Assembly: GCA_028711705.1 (NCBI GenBank)
Contig: JAQTRS010000001.1
Span: forward strand, 30,581-94,580
Origin: Candidatus Moraniibacteriota bacterium
GTDB lineage: Bacteria > Patescibacteriota > Minisyncoccia > Moranbacterales > UBA1568
Direction: 5' to 3'
DNA length: 64,000 nucleotides
Position 1 is the stretch's first letter; every line of letters begins with the position of its first letter. Shown piece by piece: positions 39,238 through 49,895 of the stretch. The notes beneath the pieces are model-generated. The model had not been told where the DNA came from and searched no databases. It saw only the letters and a list, made by a program, of their open reading frames with translations. Both the position numbers and the translations under genes were made by a program.

Positions 39238-40614
39238 ATGAGTAAAGTGGAGAAAGATTTCATCGAGGAGATGGCGGAGGCCCCGGCAATCATCTTGGAG
39301 AAGACGCTCAAGACGACCGGTGAGGCCATCGCGAGCCTCCCGGGAAAAACATCGCTCAAGAAGGCGCGCCGCTATTGGGACACCTTGGGGCCGGGACTGA
39401 CGACCGGAGCATCCGACGATGATCCGTCGGGCATCGCGACCTATTCGCAGACGGGTGCCCAATACGGCTTCCAGCTTCTGTGGCTGGCGCCGTTCACGTT
39501 CCCGCTCATGGCCACGATCCAGGAAATGTGCGCCCGCATCGGGATGCAGACCGGCAACGGGCTGGCATCCAATATCCGGCAGAACTTCTCAAAGAAAATC
39601 CTCTATGGCACAGCCGGGCTGCTCCTTGCGGCAAACGCCTTCAATATCGGTGCGGATCTGGGCGCGATGGCACAGGGAGTGAGGCTGCTCATCCCTTCGA
39701 TGAATGCCGGATTACTCGTCATCTTCTTTACGCTCCTCAGTATCGGGCTGCAGATCTTCGTTTCGTATGCGCGCTATGCCCAATACCTCAAATACCTCGC
39801 GCTCGTTTTGCTCGCATACATCGTGTCGGCGATTTTGGCCGGCCTGGATTGGCGACAGGTCGCGCATGCCGCCGTGGTCCCGTCGATCACGTTTTCCAAG
39901 GACCAGGTCATACTGATCTGCGCCATTTTGGGAACGACCATCTCCCCATACCTTTTCTTCTGGCAGTCCTCGCAGGAAGTGGAGGAGGAAATCAGCAAGG
40001 GAAAAACGTCGCCCCAATCGCGCAAGGGTATGGCAAAGAAAGAGATCCGTGAAATGCGCGTCGATGTCTGGTCGGGCATGTTCCTCTCCAATGCCGTCAT
40101 GTTCTTCATTATCGCCGCCTGCGCCGCTGTTTTGTATTCGCGCGGCATCACCACCATCACCAGCGCTGCCGAGGCTGCCGAGGCGCTGCGTCCGTTCGCG
40201 GGCGACTCGACCTATTTCTTATTCGCGCTCGGGATTATAGGGACGGGGCTTTTGGCGATACCGGTGCTGGCAGGATCGGCCGCCTATGTCATAGCGGAGA
40301 GTTTCGATTGGAAGACCGGCCTTTCGAAAACCCTCAAGCAGGCGCGCGCTTTCTACGGCGTGATCATCATCGCCATGTGCGCCGGCCTTGCGATGAACTT
40401 CGTCGGACTGGACCCTATCAAGGCCCTGATCTATTCCGCTGTCTTAAACGGGCTCATCGCGCCGGTCATCTTGGTGCTCATCGTGCGTCTCAGCAGCAGC
40501 AAACTCGTCATGGGCAAACGCACTAATGGCCCCTTAACCACTGCCGTCGGCTGGTTTACGGTCACCCTTATGGTCTTTGTCGGACTGGCAACCATCTCTG
40601 CTTTGTTCGTGTAA
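39238..40614 (+). CDS. NRAMP family divalent metal transporter
   Basis: GPGLTTGASDDDPSGIATYSQ, GTTISPY. Confidence 0.9.
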   Translation: MSKVEKDFIEEMAEAPAIILEKTLKTTGEAIASLPGKTSLKKARRYWDTLGPGLTTGASDDDPSGIATYSQTGAQYGFQLLWLAPFTFPLMATIQEMCARIGMQTGNGLASNIRQNFSKKILYGTAGLLLAANAFNIGADLGAMAQGVRLLIPSMNAGLLVIFFTLLSIGLQIFVSYARYAQYLKYLALVLLAYIVSAILAGLDWRQVAHAAVVPSITFSKDQVILICAILGTTISPYLFFWQSSQEVEEEISKGKTSPQSRKGMAKKEIREMRVDVWSGMFLSNAVMFFIIAACAAVLYSRGITTITSAAEAAEALRPFAGDSTYFLFALGIIGTGLLAIPVLAGSAAYVIAESFDWKTGLSKTLKQARAFYGVIIIAMCAGLAMNFVGLDPIKALIYSAVLNGLIAPVILVLIVRLSSSKLVMGKRTNGPLTTAVGWFTVTLMVFVGLATISALFV

Positions 40615-41020
40615 GCAATGAGTACTGGACAAAATAGGAAGGTTGCGCTATTATACACAGTCCGATCGTGGACCACATATTTTTTGCTACGAGAGTAGTT
40701 CCTTTCCAACATGATTGAGGAGAATGGGTATGCAAAGCTTGATGAAAAATTTGGTGGAAATGCTTAGAATAACCACCGAATTTACGGAAGACTATATACT
40801 GGAAAAATTCAAAGAGTTCAGACTGCTCGAACAACACAAAGATGTTGATTTTGAAGGAGATGTTTCCAATTTTCCAGTTACCACGCAGCTTCCATTATTG
40901 CACCAACTGGAAACTTTCATTATAAACGGTATGGATGGCCAGCATCTTCGGGATTGAAGTAAAAAAAGCGGCGAGACTTAAGAAGTCGAACCGCTTTTAT
41001 CATACCCGAAAGGGGAGTAT

Positions 41021-41845
41021 TTACTTCTGTGCCTCAAAGCCCTTATCCTTCCAGGCAGAGAAGCCGCCCTTGAGGACTTCGGTCGAGAAGAAGCCCAAGT
41101 CGAACAGTCTCACGCCGGACTGGAAATCCTCGAGCTCCGAATTGCCATAGGAAACGATTTTCGCGGCCGCCGGTATTTTCCCGTAGAAGGTTTCGAGCTG
41201 ATCGAAGGGGAGGTTGACGGCGCCAGGGACATGGCCTTGGTCGTAATCGTCCTTGGAGCGCATATCGATGATGAAGTAAGACTGTCTGGCACTCAGGTTG
41301 CCCTTGAGCTTTTCCGGGGTGATGTAATTGACCTTGGATTGATCGGTTACCGATTCCGGATCTCCGAAGGTGATGGTTTTCCCGCCGGAATTTTTCCACC
41401 CGTCGAATCCGCCGCGCAGGATAAATATCGGCGCCGTATCATTCTTTTCCTGTAGGGCTTGGAGGGCCATGATGCCGATGCCCTGCTCATTGCCGGAGGC
41501 GGTGATCAGCACGAAGGTGAAACCCTCCTTTATATTGAGCGCATCGATGAGCTCGAAGGGGATATTGGTGGACTGCGGGACATGCTCGGAGGAGAAGAGC
41601 TCGTTGGAGCGGATATCGATCAGGATGATTTTCGACGGATCCTGCTGCCTCTTTTCAAGGACGCCCTCGTAGGAGATGAAGCTCTCGTCATCGGCGACAG
41701 GCGCGCTCTCTATTTGGGTGGAGAGCATCGACTGCGCCTTATGTTTTTTGAAATAGCTGTTTCCATAGAAGACGACAATGCCTATGATGCCGAAAAACCC
41801 GATAAAGAAGATGACGGATTCTTTGCGAGGTCGAAATAGGGACAT
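41021..41845 (-). CDS. Membrane-anchored double rhodanese-like protein
   Basis: Two repeats of IDxR...HVP.A/S.N.P...L.GGF.xW; no catalytic Cys. Confidence 0.85.
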   Translation of the reverse strand: MSLFRPRKESVIFFIGFFGIIGIVVFYGNSYFKKHKAQSMLSTQIESAPVADDESFISYEGVLEKRQQDPSKIILIDIRSNELFSSEHVPQSTNIPFELIDALNIKEGFTFVLITASGNEQGIGIMALQALQEKNDTAPIFILRGGFDGWKNSGGKTITFGDPESVTDQSKVNYITPEKLKGNLSARQSYFIIDMRSKDDYDQGHVPGAVNLPFDQLETFYGKIPAAAKIVSYGNSELEDFQSGVRLFDLGFFSTEVLKGGFSAWKDKGFEAQK

Positions 41846-41862
41846 AGTTTTTGTTTTAATGA

Positions 41863-42843
41863 CTACTGCAGGACGCTCCCGATAAATTGCGGATACCCTT
41901 TGACGAATTCCTTGATAGGCGCGACAGTTTTTCCTTCCAGATGGACCTCCTCAAGGAGTATGACACCCGAGGAAGTCTGTACGCCGATTTTTTCGCCCAG
42001 CTCGAACACCTCTCCGAGGCGATGCGTCGTCTGAGGGCTTTGCTTTTGGCAGGCGATGCGTATCAGTTTGATTCTCAGGCGCTGGCCGTCCTCGCGATGC
42101 CAGATGCTGTACATGCCCGGCCAAGGATAGAGCGCGCGGTAGGCATTGTATATCGTCACGGCATCCGTGTTCCAGAGGATATGCCCGTCTTCGCGTTCGA
42201 TGAGCTGGCACAGCGTGGCCTGCGACGCATCCTGGCTTTGCGAGGTGATCCTACGCTCTATCCATGCCGGGAGCGTTTCCAAAAGCAAGGCGGCGCTTTC
42301 GTTGGCCAGTGTTTCGGCAAGTTCCGGGTAGCGTTCGTCCGCATCGATAGCGACGACTTTCTGCGCGATGATGTCGCCGCTGTCCACGCCCTCGTCCATC
42401 AGCATGATAGTGGTACCGGTAGTTTCTTCGCCGGAAATCAGGGCATTTTGGATAGGGGATGGCCCGCGGAATTTCGGAAGCAGGGATGGGTGGATATTGA
42501 TGCAACCAAAGCCGGGTATCTTGAGGACCGATAGCGGAAGGATCTTGCCATACGCCACCACGACGATCATATCGGGCTTATATTCCTTGAGCTTCCGGAG
42601 CGTTTCCTCGTCGAATCGCTCCGGCTGTTCGACAGGGATAGCGTGCTTCCCGGCGAGCTGTTTCACGGGACTTTCCTGGATTTCCTGCTTGCGTCCGATA
42701 GCCTTGTCCGGGCGCGTGTAGGCGGCCACGATGTTATAGCGCCTATCGATCAAGGACGCGAGGATGGACTGCGCGAAGGCGGGCGTTCCCATGAAAACGA
42801 CGCGGATTTTCGGAGCCTCGGAGTTTGTCTTTTGTGTATCCAT
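41863..42843 (-). CDS. fmt: Methionyl-tRNA formyltransferase
   Basis: VFMGTPAFA, VVAYGKILP, INIHPSLLPKFRG. Confidence 0.96.
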   Translation of the reverse strand: MDTQKTNSEAPKIRVVFMGTPAFAQSILASLIDRRYNIVAAYTRPDKAIGRKQEIQESPVKQLAGKHAIPVEQPERFDEETLRKLKEYKPDMIVVVAYGKILPLSVLKIPGFGCINIHPSLLPKFRGPSPIQNALISGEETTGTTIMLMDEGVDSGDIIAQKVVAIDADERYPELAETLANESAALLLETLPAWIERRITSQSQDASQATLCQLIEREDGHILWNTDAVTIYNAYRALYPWPGMYSIWHREDGQRLRIKLIRIACQKQSPQTTHRLGEVFELGEKIGVQTSSGVILLEEVHLEGKTVAPIKEFVKGYPQFIGSVLQ

Positions 42844-42867
42844 AATGGTTTTGTGTTTCGTAACGGT

Positions 42868-43350
42868 TTAGCGCCACACCGGAGTTTTCGGATTGATCTT
42901 CTGCTTCTTGTAGCGGTCGATGATCAAGGTCCCTTCGAGGTGGTCGATTTCGTGCTGTATGGCGATGGCCATGATGCCGGACATCTTCGCTTTCACGTCT
43001 TCACCGAATTCATTCTGGTAGCGCACAGTGACCTGTTCGGAACGCTCGATCCAAAAGAACTGCCCCGGCAGGCTCAAGCAACCTTCCTCGAACAGGACCT
43101 TCTCTTTGGAGAGCGAGGTGAGTGTCGGGTTGATATATACGCTGCGTTTCTCCTCGTATTCGATAACGGCGACACGCACGGATCGGTTGATCTGCGGTGC
43201 GGCAAGGCCCATGCCTTCGGCGGCATGCATCGAATCGAACATATCCTCAATCAACTGCTTGATTTCCAGACTGTTCGGGTCTTTGACTTTCTGGGCTTTT
43301 TTGTGGAGCACTTCGGTCTGGGCTCCGGTAACGATGGGGATGACTGACAT
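42868..43350 (-). CDS. def: Peptide deformylase
   Basis: GMGLAAPQ, EGCLS, QHEIDHL. Confidence 0.97.
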   Translation of the reverse strand: MSVIPIVTGAQTEVLHKKAQKVKDPNSLEIKQLIEDMFDSMHAAEGMGLAAPQINRSVRVAVIEYEEKRSVYINPTLTSLSKEKVLFEEGCLSLPGQFFWIERSEQVTVRYQNEFGEDVKAKMSGIMAIAIQHEIDHLEGTLIIDRYKKQKINPKTPVWR

Positions 43351-43377
43351 ATACGTGATTCTAGGTCTTTATGATTT

Positions 43378-45408
43378 TTAAATGAGGCTGATCGGATCGA
43401 TGTCGATAATGCAGTCCTTGGCTATTGTGAGAAAAAAATCCGAAAGTTCGGTCGGGAGCTTTTGCTCTTTGCAGCGGATAATGATCTGTTTACGGTAGTT
43501 CTCTCGAACCTTGGCGATGATCGGATGCTGCGGTTCGGATATGCGGAGCGCTCGGTTGCGTCCGGCGATTCCTGTGAGTTTGGTGTGGATTTTCTGCGTC
43601 TCTTTTTCGACCTTCTTGCTCTCTTCGTGTTGGAAGATGATTTTGATCAGGCGCCCGAACGGGGGATAGAAAAGCATCTCCCGCTGCTCCGCCGTCTCTT
43701 TATAAAAAGTAGGGAAGTCCCTGATTTGTATTTTTTGCAGCGTCGGATTCTCGGGATAGAAAGTCTGAATGAGTGCTGTTCCGTGGGAGCGGCTTCCGAT
43801 ACGCGCCATGCGGCCCGCCGCCTGAAGGATGTGTTGGAATGCGTTCTCATCGGTCTTGAAATCGGCCCACGCAAACAAACTATCCGCATCAATCATACCA
43901 ACAAGAGCTACATTCGGCAAGTCCCAGCCTTTGGTCGCCATCTGTGTTCCGATGAGGATATCGATGTTTCCCTGGGCGAAATTTCGGAAGACCTTCTCCT
44001 GTGCACCTTTCTTCTGCATGGTCTGCCGGTCGATGCGAGCAACCTTGCTATACGGGAAGCGTTTCAGGACATCGCGCTCTATTTTTTGCGTTCCGGTGCC
44101 GACATTTTTGAAGTTGACGCCGCCGCACGAGACGCATGCGGGAGTGGCCGAGCTTTTGTGCGAACAGTGGAGGCAGCGATAAATACTAAGCGACGCGTCG
44201 AAGACAAGCGCGCGTTCGCAGGAGGGGCATTTCAGGATAGTCTTGCAGTGATCGCATACCGAAAATGAGCTTGCTCCCTGGCGATTGATAAACAGGAAAA
44301 TTTGGCGCTTGGCTTTGAGCGTAAGCGTCATCTCGGCCATGAGTTCCTCGGAGAGCGACCCGAAGTTTTTGTTATGGCGTTCGAAACGGAGATTGACGAG
44401 TTTGATATCGTAATGCGGCTGCATCGGAAGCGCCGAGAGTTTGAGGAGGGTGTAGGTACGCTCATGCGCCTTGTGGAAACGCTCGATGGAAGGGGTGGCG
44501 GATCCGAAGACGAGATTGGCATGGTGGATGGCGGCAAGCTTTTCTGCCACGTCGCGCCCGTCATAGCGCGGGCTCATATCCCATTGCTTATACGCATCGT
44601 CTTGTTCCTCATCCACGACCACGAAACGAAGGTTCTTGAAGGGTGCGAAGAGCGCCTGTCTTGTCCCGATAATCACTTGCGCTTCGCCGCGCGCGATACG
44701 TGCCCAGGTTTCATAGAAGGTGCCGGTCGTGAGGTGACTGTGGATGATAGCGATATTCTCCTTGCCGAAGGCCTCGCCGTAGCGGCCGATCTCTTGGGGG
44801 ATGAGCGTGAGTTCGGGAACGAGGACGAGCGCCTGTTCTCCCGCTTCGAGCTTCGCCTTGATGGAACGGATATACACCTCGGTTTTGCCGGAGGATGCAG
44901 GACCGAACAGATAGAACGGTTTTGTGCTCGGGCGGCTGATCTTTTCGATGGCTGAAAGCTGCTCTTGCGTCGGATGGATACGCTTGGCGGACATTGGTGC
45001 TTGTTGCATGGCAGGCAGTCCTGTCTTGGCGCGCGCCTTGGCGACCTGCGGGATGAAGTGAACAAGCGTCCGGCCCAACGAGGTGAAGTAGCGCTTGGAG
45101 ATGAAGATAGCAAGCTGCAACTGTTCGGGCGTCAGGAAATCCTCGCGTATGACGGAGAGGATAGGCTTGACCCTGAAGGGCGGCATCTTGTGTTTGCCGG
45201 TACTCATATTGCGCGAGGCGAAAACGACTCCCTTGAGGGTGCGTGTCGTCACCGGGATAGAGACAAGCGCCCCCGGCCGAACCTCGACATCGGAGGCATA
45301 GGTAAAAAATTGCCCGCGCGTGAGCGGAAGGCTGGTGAGGGGCGCGACTTCCACATGCCACACGGAAGCTTTGCCTGAAGTTGCGGAGACTGATTTTTGA
45401 GTGGTCAT
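43378..45408 (-). CDS. priA: Primosomal protein N'
   Basis: SSGKTEVY, VDEEQD, GSATPS, four CxxC motifs, QAAGRMAR, IDIDP. Confidence 0.94.
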   Translation of the reverse strand: MTTQKSVSATSGKASVWHVEVAPLTSLPLTRGQFFTYASDVEVRPGALVSIPVTTRTLKGVVFASRNMSTGKHKMPPFRVKPILSVIREDFLTPEQLQLAIFISKRYFTSLGRTLVHFIPQVAKARAKTGLPAMQQAPMSAKRIHPTQEQLSAIEKISRPSTKPFYLFGPASSGKTEVYIRSIKAKLEAGEQALVLVPELTLIPQEIGRYGEAFGKENIAIIHSHLTTGTFYETWARIARGEAQVIIGTRQALFAPFKNLRFVVVDEEQDDAYKQWDMSPRYDGRDVAEKLAAIHHANLVFGSATPSIERFHKAHERTYTLLKLSALPMQPHYDIKLVNLRFERHNKNFGSLSEELMAEMTLTLKAKRQIFLFINRQGASSFSVCDHCKTILKCPSCERALVFDASLSIYRCLHCSHKSSATPACVSCGGVNFKNVGTGTQKIERDVLKRFPYSKVARIDRQTMQKKGAQEKVFRNFAQGNIDILIGTQMATKGWDLPNVALVGMIDADSLFAWADFKTDENAFQHILQAAGRMARIGSRSHGTALIQTFYPENPTLQKIQIRDFPTFYKETAEQREMLFYPPFGRLIKIIFQHEESKKVEKETQKIHTKLTGIAGRNRALRISEPQHPIIAKVRENYRKQIIIRCKEQKLPTELSDFFLTIAKDCIIDIDPISLI

Positions 45409-45639
45409 ACCTCTATTGTAACAGCCCCGGCCCATTTGCGGAACGGACGTCATTTGGAGCTGTTTTGCTAGCGAATGCATGAAAAAACGCGCAACAGGGG
45501 TGGGTATATGAAAGACTGTCAAAGACCATTGACACTTTGTCTCTTTTGTACTATATTGGGTAGGTCACGGCGGAGAAATCCCTCTCAATGCCGGAGACAC
45601 AATTTAGGTTGATTTAACAAATAGAGGAAGAGGTGTACG

Positions 45640-46086
45640 ATGAAGAGCAACAGTCTCGGTGGTAATCTTGAATTAACCACAGAAATACTAGCGACCACGC
45701 CCATATATTTCGCGGGTCTCTACGGTAAGATCGTGACAAGAATTCAGTCGCCCGAGCAACTGCAAACGCTCGCGGATTTGGTATCGACACTCCATAATGC
45801 GGGGTGTACGGAAGAAACCATCGAAACACTGTGTGTTTATGGTGAATTTACCAGTCTGAGTGAACTGGCAAACGGACGGTATGCATTCAGGGATTATCGC
45901 GATTTGGGCATTTCTGTTGATCAGGCATGGTTTCTGATTGAAGAAATGAAGCAGATTAGAAAACAAATGGAGCAGGCACGACAAAAGTCTGCCTATAGAC
46001 TTCAATTAATAAAAACTGCTTACCAAAAAATCATACAACGCAATAACGAAGCCCAAGCCCAAGAAAAAGTAACGGCCGGGGCTTAG
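45640..46086 (+). CDS. Hypothetical orphan protein
   Basis: TTGACA-17-TATATT promoter, SD GAGGTG, downstream hairpin 46115-46150. Confidence 0.7.
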   Translation: MKSNSLGGNLELTTEILATTPIYFAGLYGKIVTRIQSPEQLQTLADLVSTLHNAGCTEETIETLCVYGEFTSLSELANGRYAFRDYRDLGISVDQAWFLIEEMKQIRKQMEQARQKSAYRLQLIKTAYQKIIQRNNEAQAQEKVTAGA

Positions 46087-46266
46087 GGAAAGGCGGTGTA
46101 TTCCTAAACGTGAAGGGCAGTGAAAAAGTTAAAAACTTATCACTGCCTTTTATAATACCCACATACACAAACCTCCATTGCCTAGAATTTCTTTACAGAT
46201 ACCTGAAGATGGTGTATGGTGAGGGATACGCGAGTATGTATATTTCAGCGCTAATAGATGATCATT

Positions 46267-46581
46267 ATGCCTAAGGTATTCGAGGTGAAGGGGGAAGTGA
46301 AGAAACATGAAGGCAAGGCTGGCTGGCTTTTTATCCATATCGATAAGGAGATTTCGGCGGAAATCTTCAGACTGACGAAGGGCATGAAAAAAGTCGGTTT
46401 CGGCTTCATTCCAGTGCAGGCAAAACTCAGGACAAGCACGTGGGATACCGCCATCTTCCCAGGCAGGGATCATCGATATCTTTTGGCTATCAAAAGGTCT
46501 ATCGGGAGGGTGGAAAATACCAATGAGGGTGATCGTATCGATGTCCGATTGACCCTGATCCCGCCGCAAGGCAAGGAGTGA
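46267..46581 (+). CDS. DUF1905-like protein
   Basis: GWLF, IPVQA....WDTAIFP...YLLAIK. Confidence 0.75.
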   Translation: MPKVFEVKGEVKKHEGKAGWLFIHIDKEISAEIFRLTKGMKKVGFGFIPVQAKLRTSTWDTAIFPGRDHRYLLAIKRSIGRVENTNEGDRIDVRLTLIPPQGKE

Positions 46582-46782
46582 TCTTGCAGCATATCAGAAA
46601 ATGAGCATGAAAAAACAATGGATACGGATATGCGCTACTATTTTTGTTGTGTCTCAGGATACCCTCTTGTATTCTTTGTCGCACTCAAAACGAAGAGCTT
46701 ATGATGACTGTAGTTTTCGTTTATGCGTTCAACCTCTTGAAACTCTTTACAACGCATGACAAAAAGAGTATGGTAGAAGTAT

Positions 46783-47436
46783 ATGATGCACACAACCCAA
46801 CAACGTATCCTCGATGCTGCTAAAAACCATAATCTGGCCAAGATGACGCTGCGCGAAGTGGCGGATGTTATCGGTATGCAAGGGACAGCGCCGCAAACCA
46901 TCAAGCATCATCTGGCGCAGCTTGAGAAGAAAGGATTTCTGAAAATCGACACGCGGAAGGGGAGTATGAAACGATCGACGAAAGTATCGCTGCAATCCGC
47001 CGCATCAAATATCCTGGCGATACCGATCATCGGGACGGCGAATTGCGGACCGGCCGATGTGTTCGCTGAGGAAAATTTCCATGGTTTCCTCCATGTTTCC
47101 GCCCGTCTCGTGCAGCGCGCGCAGGCCTTCGGATTATTCGCGATCAAGGCGGACGGATCATCCATGAATCGTGCGACGATCAAGGGGAAGCGGATAGAGG
47201 ATGGGGACTATATCGTTGTGGACAGCGAGGATAAAAGCGCTTCCAACAACGATATCGTCTTGGTCATCATCGACGGCAAAGCGACGATCAAGCGCTTCAT
47301 CGATGACCGGGCCAACGGACAGATCGTGCTCAAGGCCGATTCCTCCTATGACTACGCTCCGATGTTTTTACATCCGCAGGACGACTTCAGTATCAATGGT
47401 AAGGTGATCGGCGTGATCAAGAAACCAAAGACGTGA
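46783..47436 (+). CDS. LexA-like HTH / S24 peptidase repressor
   Basis: TLREVA..HHLAQLEKKGFL, IPIIGTANCG cleavage site, GSSM serine, ATIKRF lysine. Confidence 0.85.
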   Translation: MMHTTQQRILDAAKNHNLAKMTLREVADVIGMQGTAPQTIKHHLAQLEKKGFLKIDTRKGSMKRSTKVSLQSAASNILAIPIIGTANCGPADVFAEENFHGFLHVSARLVQRAQAFGLFAIKADGSSMNRATIKGKRIEDGDYIVVDSEDKSASNNDIVLVIIDGKATIKRFIDDRANGQIVLKADSSYDYAPMFLHPQDDFSINGKVIGVIKKPKT

Positions 47437-47523
47437 AGGCTGCAGTGACCATGTGACATATAAATGAAAAGCGGGCAGTATTGAACTGTCCGCTTCTTGT
47501 TTTTTCAAGCTTTGCCAGAGTTG

Positions 47524-48048
47524 TTAGAGTTTACTTTCGATTTCCACTTGAACACCACTTCGCATGTTTCCAAGTAATCGAAGCATGTCATCATGTGCCG
47601 CTTGAGCGCTTCCGGACTTCATGCCATCGAGCAACAAGGCTATGTTTTCGGATATGTGTCCAAGCTTTCTGCGTGCGAGCGTAAAGAACACTATGATCGC
47701 TTGCTCCGTATTTTTCGTTATCCGCGCGACGCGTCGCCGGATAAGAGCGAGCCTTTTCTTATGATGCTTATGGTGCGATGCATGATGCTTTCCTTTGCGA
47801 AGAAGCACCTCTTTGCGCTTACAGTGGAATGAAAGCCTGAATATTCCTGGATCGAAAGAACTATTGAAATTGCCCAGTAGCTTTTGGATACTTTTGTGGA
47901 TTTCCTGCTCGGCTTCCTCGACATAACATAATGGGATGCTTTGCATGCGATGTTCTATGATGAGCATCTCTTCAGAGAAGTCATCATTGATGCCTATGTG
48001 GTAACATATTTTGACCCTAAGACGGACGTGCGGTTGTACCTTTGGCAT
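47524..48048 (-). CDS. Hypothetical orphan protein with His/Lys-rich segment
   Basis: SD AGGAGG, TTGACT-17-TATGTT promoter, convergent terminator near 47468-47505. Confidence 0.6.
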   Translation of the reverse strand: MPKVQPHVRLRVKICYHIGINDDFSEEMLIIEHRMQSIPLCYVEEAEQEIHKSIQKLLGNFNSSFDPGIFRLSFHCKRKEVLLRKGKHHASHHKHHKKRLALIRRRVARITKNTEQAIIVFFTLARRKLGHISENIALLLDGMKSGSAQAAHDDMLRLLGNMRSGVQVEIESKL

Positions 48049-48206
48049 AATTGCCTCCTGTATATGTTTGAGACCTATCACATCGATAGGTCTCAAACAT
48101 AGCATATTTCAGTTGAAAAGTCAATGTTTTACGCATAGATCTAAAAAAGAATCCAGTATGGCATTCCGTACTGGATTATGAAGGATACACATGGATCGAT
48201 GGCCAG

Positions 48207-48968
48207 CTACAGCAGGAAACCGCCGCCATCGACCACGATATTGCTGCCGGTGACGAAGTCATTTTCTATGACGCAGAGGACCGCCTTGACAATGCTGTCA
48301 TTGCCGCCCTCGTGCCCGAGCGGGACGGTCCGCAAGACATGCTGGTGATGAGTATCGCTTTTCCCGGATGCCTTCAGTATGGCTCCGGGGCTGATGCGTA
48401 CCACGCGGATATTCCGACCGGCGAGCGCGAGCGCGATGGAGGTGCTGGCTTCCGAAAGCGCCGCCTTGGCCATGGCATAGGAGTAGTGATCGGGGTACGG
48501 GCGATTGCCGATACGGGAATCGATGATATTGATAATCACGCCCCCGGTGCCATTGGGTATCGCCTTGACCATCGACTGCATGAGTAGGGATGGGCCGATG
48601 CTCATGATCTTGAGGGTCTGGATGGTTTTCTGCGCGTCGAAGGAGAGGATATCGTCCGTAGGGAATATCGCAGCGCTATTGATGAGGATGCGTACCGGCG
48701 CACCGAAACGTCCGATCGCTTCCGAAACGATTTTTTCGCCGACGTTTTCATCGGCAAGATCCGCTTGGAATGCGAATGCCTCGCCACCGAAATTCCTGAT
48801 AGTCGCGACAGTGCTTTCCGCGCCCTCTTTCGAGGAACTGTAATGCACCAAAACACGCGCCTTACGCATAGCGAGCGCGAGCGCGATCGCATTGCCGATG
48901 CGAGGATTTCCTGTATCATCGACCCTTCCGGCACCGGTTACTATGGCGACTGCGTTGTGAATGTCCAT
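48207..48968 (-). CDS. Short-chain dehydrogenase, pteridine reductase/FolM-like
   Basis: VTGAG, VHY.SS, INSAAIF, INIID, YAMAK, VDGG. Confidence 0.85.
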   Translation of the reverse strand: MDIHNAVAIVTGAGRVDDTGNPRIGNAIALALAMRKARVLVHYSSSKEGAESTVATIRNFGGEAFAFQADLADENVGEKIVSEAIGRFGAPVRILINSAAIFPTDDILSFDAQKTIQTLKIMSIGPSLLMQSMVKAIPNGTGGVIINIIDSRIGNRPYPDHYSYAMAKAALSEASTSIALALAGRNIRVVRISPGAILKASGKSDTHHQHVLRTVPLGHEGGNDSIVKAVLCVIENDFVTGSNIVVDGGGFLL

Positions 48969-49181
48969 GCTGTTTCTCCACAAAGATTAGAGTGATAGGC
49001 TCCCTTTCGGGAGTCGTTCCGAGTATGACAAAGAACCGCTTTCCTCTGTATACTTATTTTCCCGCGCATAACTTTCAGGAGGAGCTCTCTACCTTTCGGT
49101 CGCGCTGTGCAAAGGTGGTATAATAGGGCTATGTCCGGATGGATTCGGGCGCATCGGTATATGTATAATAAATCCTTCCGT

Positions 49182-49895
49182 ATGGTTGATAGAATCAAAC
49201 AGGAACTGCGTCGACTCGGTACAAAGGAGCGGGCGATGGCTTCGCAACGATATTTCAAGACGGGCGTCGGACAGTATGGCGAGGGTGATGTGTTCATCGG
49301 ACTTACCATGCCGGAGCAACGGCGTATCGCCAAGCAGCATCTCGGTCTTGGTCTTCCGGATATACGAAAGCTGCTCGAATCAAAAGAGCATGAATTCCGC
49401 ATGGTGGCGCTCCTGATCATGACCTATCAGTACGCCACGGCCTCCGATGCGAAGAGGAAGCGACTGTATGATTTTTATCTGACGCATACCAAATGGATCA
49501 ATAACTGGGATCTGGTGGATGTGACCGCGCACAAAATCGTCGGCGCGTATCTGCAGGACAAGGATCACTCCATCCTCTTGCGACTGGCACGGTCCGAATC
49601 CTTATGGGAACGCCGTATCGCTATCGTGTCGACATTCTCGTTTATCGCCAAAGGTGAATCGAAGACGGCCCTGAGTATCGCGGAGATGCTGTTGCAGGAC
49701 ACTCATGATCTTATTCACAAGGCGGTCGGTTGGATGCTGCGCGAGGTAGGGAAGTGCTGCGGCGAGTCGGTGGAGAAAGGGTTTCTTAAGCTCTACGCGC
49801 CATCGATGCCGCGCACTATGCTTCGCTATGCCATCGAGCGATTCGATGCGGATACCAGGATGCGGTATATGCATATGCATAAGTATGTAATATGA
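49182..49895 (+). CDS. DNA alkylation repair enzyme (AlkD-like HEAT repeat)
   Basis: YFKTG.GQYGEGD.F.G, NNWDLVD, WERRIAIV, KAVGWMLRE. Confidence 0.9.
   Translation: MVDRIKQELRRLGTKERAMASQRYFKTGVGQYGEGDVFIGLTMPEQRRIAKQHLGLGLPDIRKLLESKEHEFRMVALLIMTYQYATASDAKRKRLYDFYLTHTKWINNWDLVDVTAHKIVGAYLQDKDHSILLRLARSESLWERRIAIVSTFSFIAKGESKTALSIAEMLLQDTHDLIHKAVGWMLREVGKCCGESVEKGFLKLYAPSMPRTMLRYAIERFDADTRMRYMHMHKYVI

Noticed and set aside
40715-40957. 80-aa ORF after the NRAMP gene
   Set aside because: No recognisable motif or clear start signal; may be a remnant.
48975-49060. Riboswitch upstream of the pteridine-reductase-like gene
   Set aside because: Only one short hairpin (CTCCC-GAAA-GGGAG on the minus strand); no match to a THF or preQ1 consensus that I can recognise.
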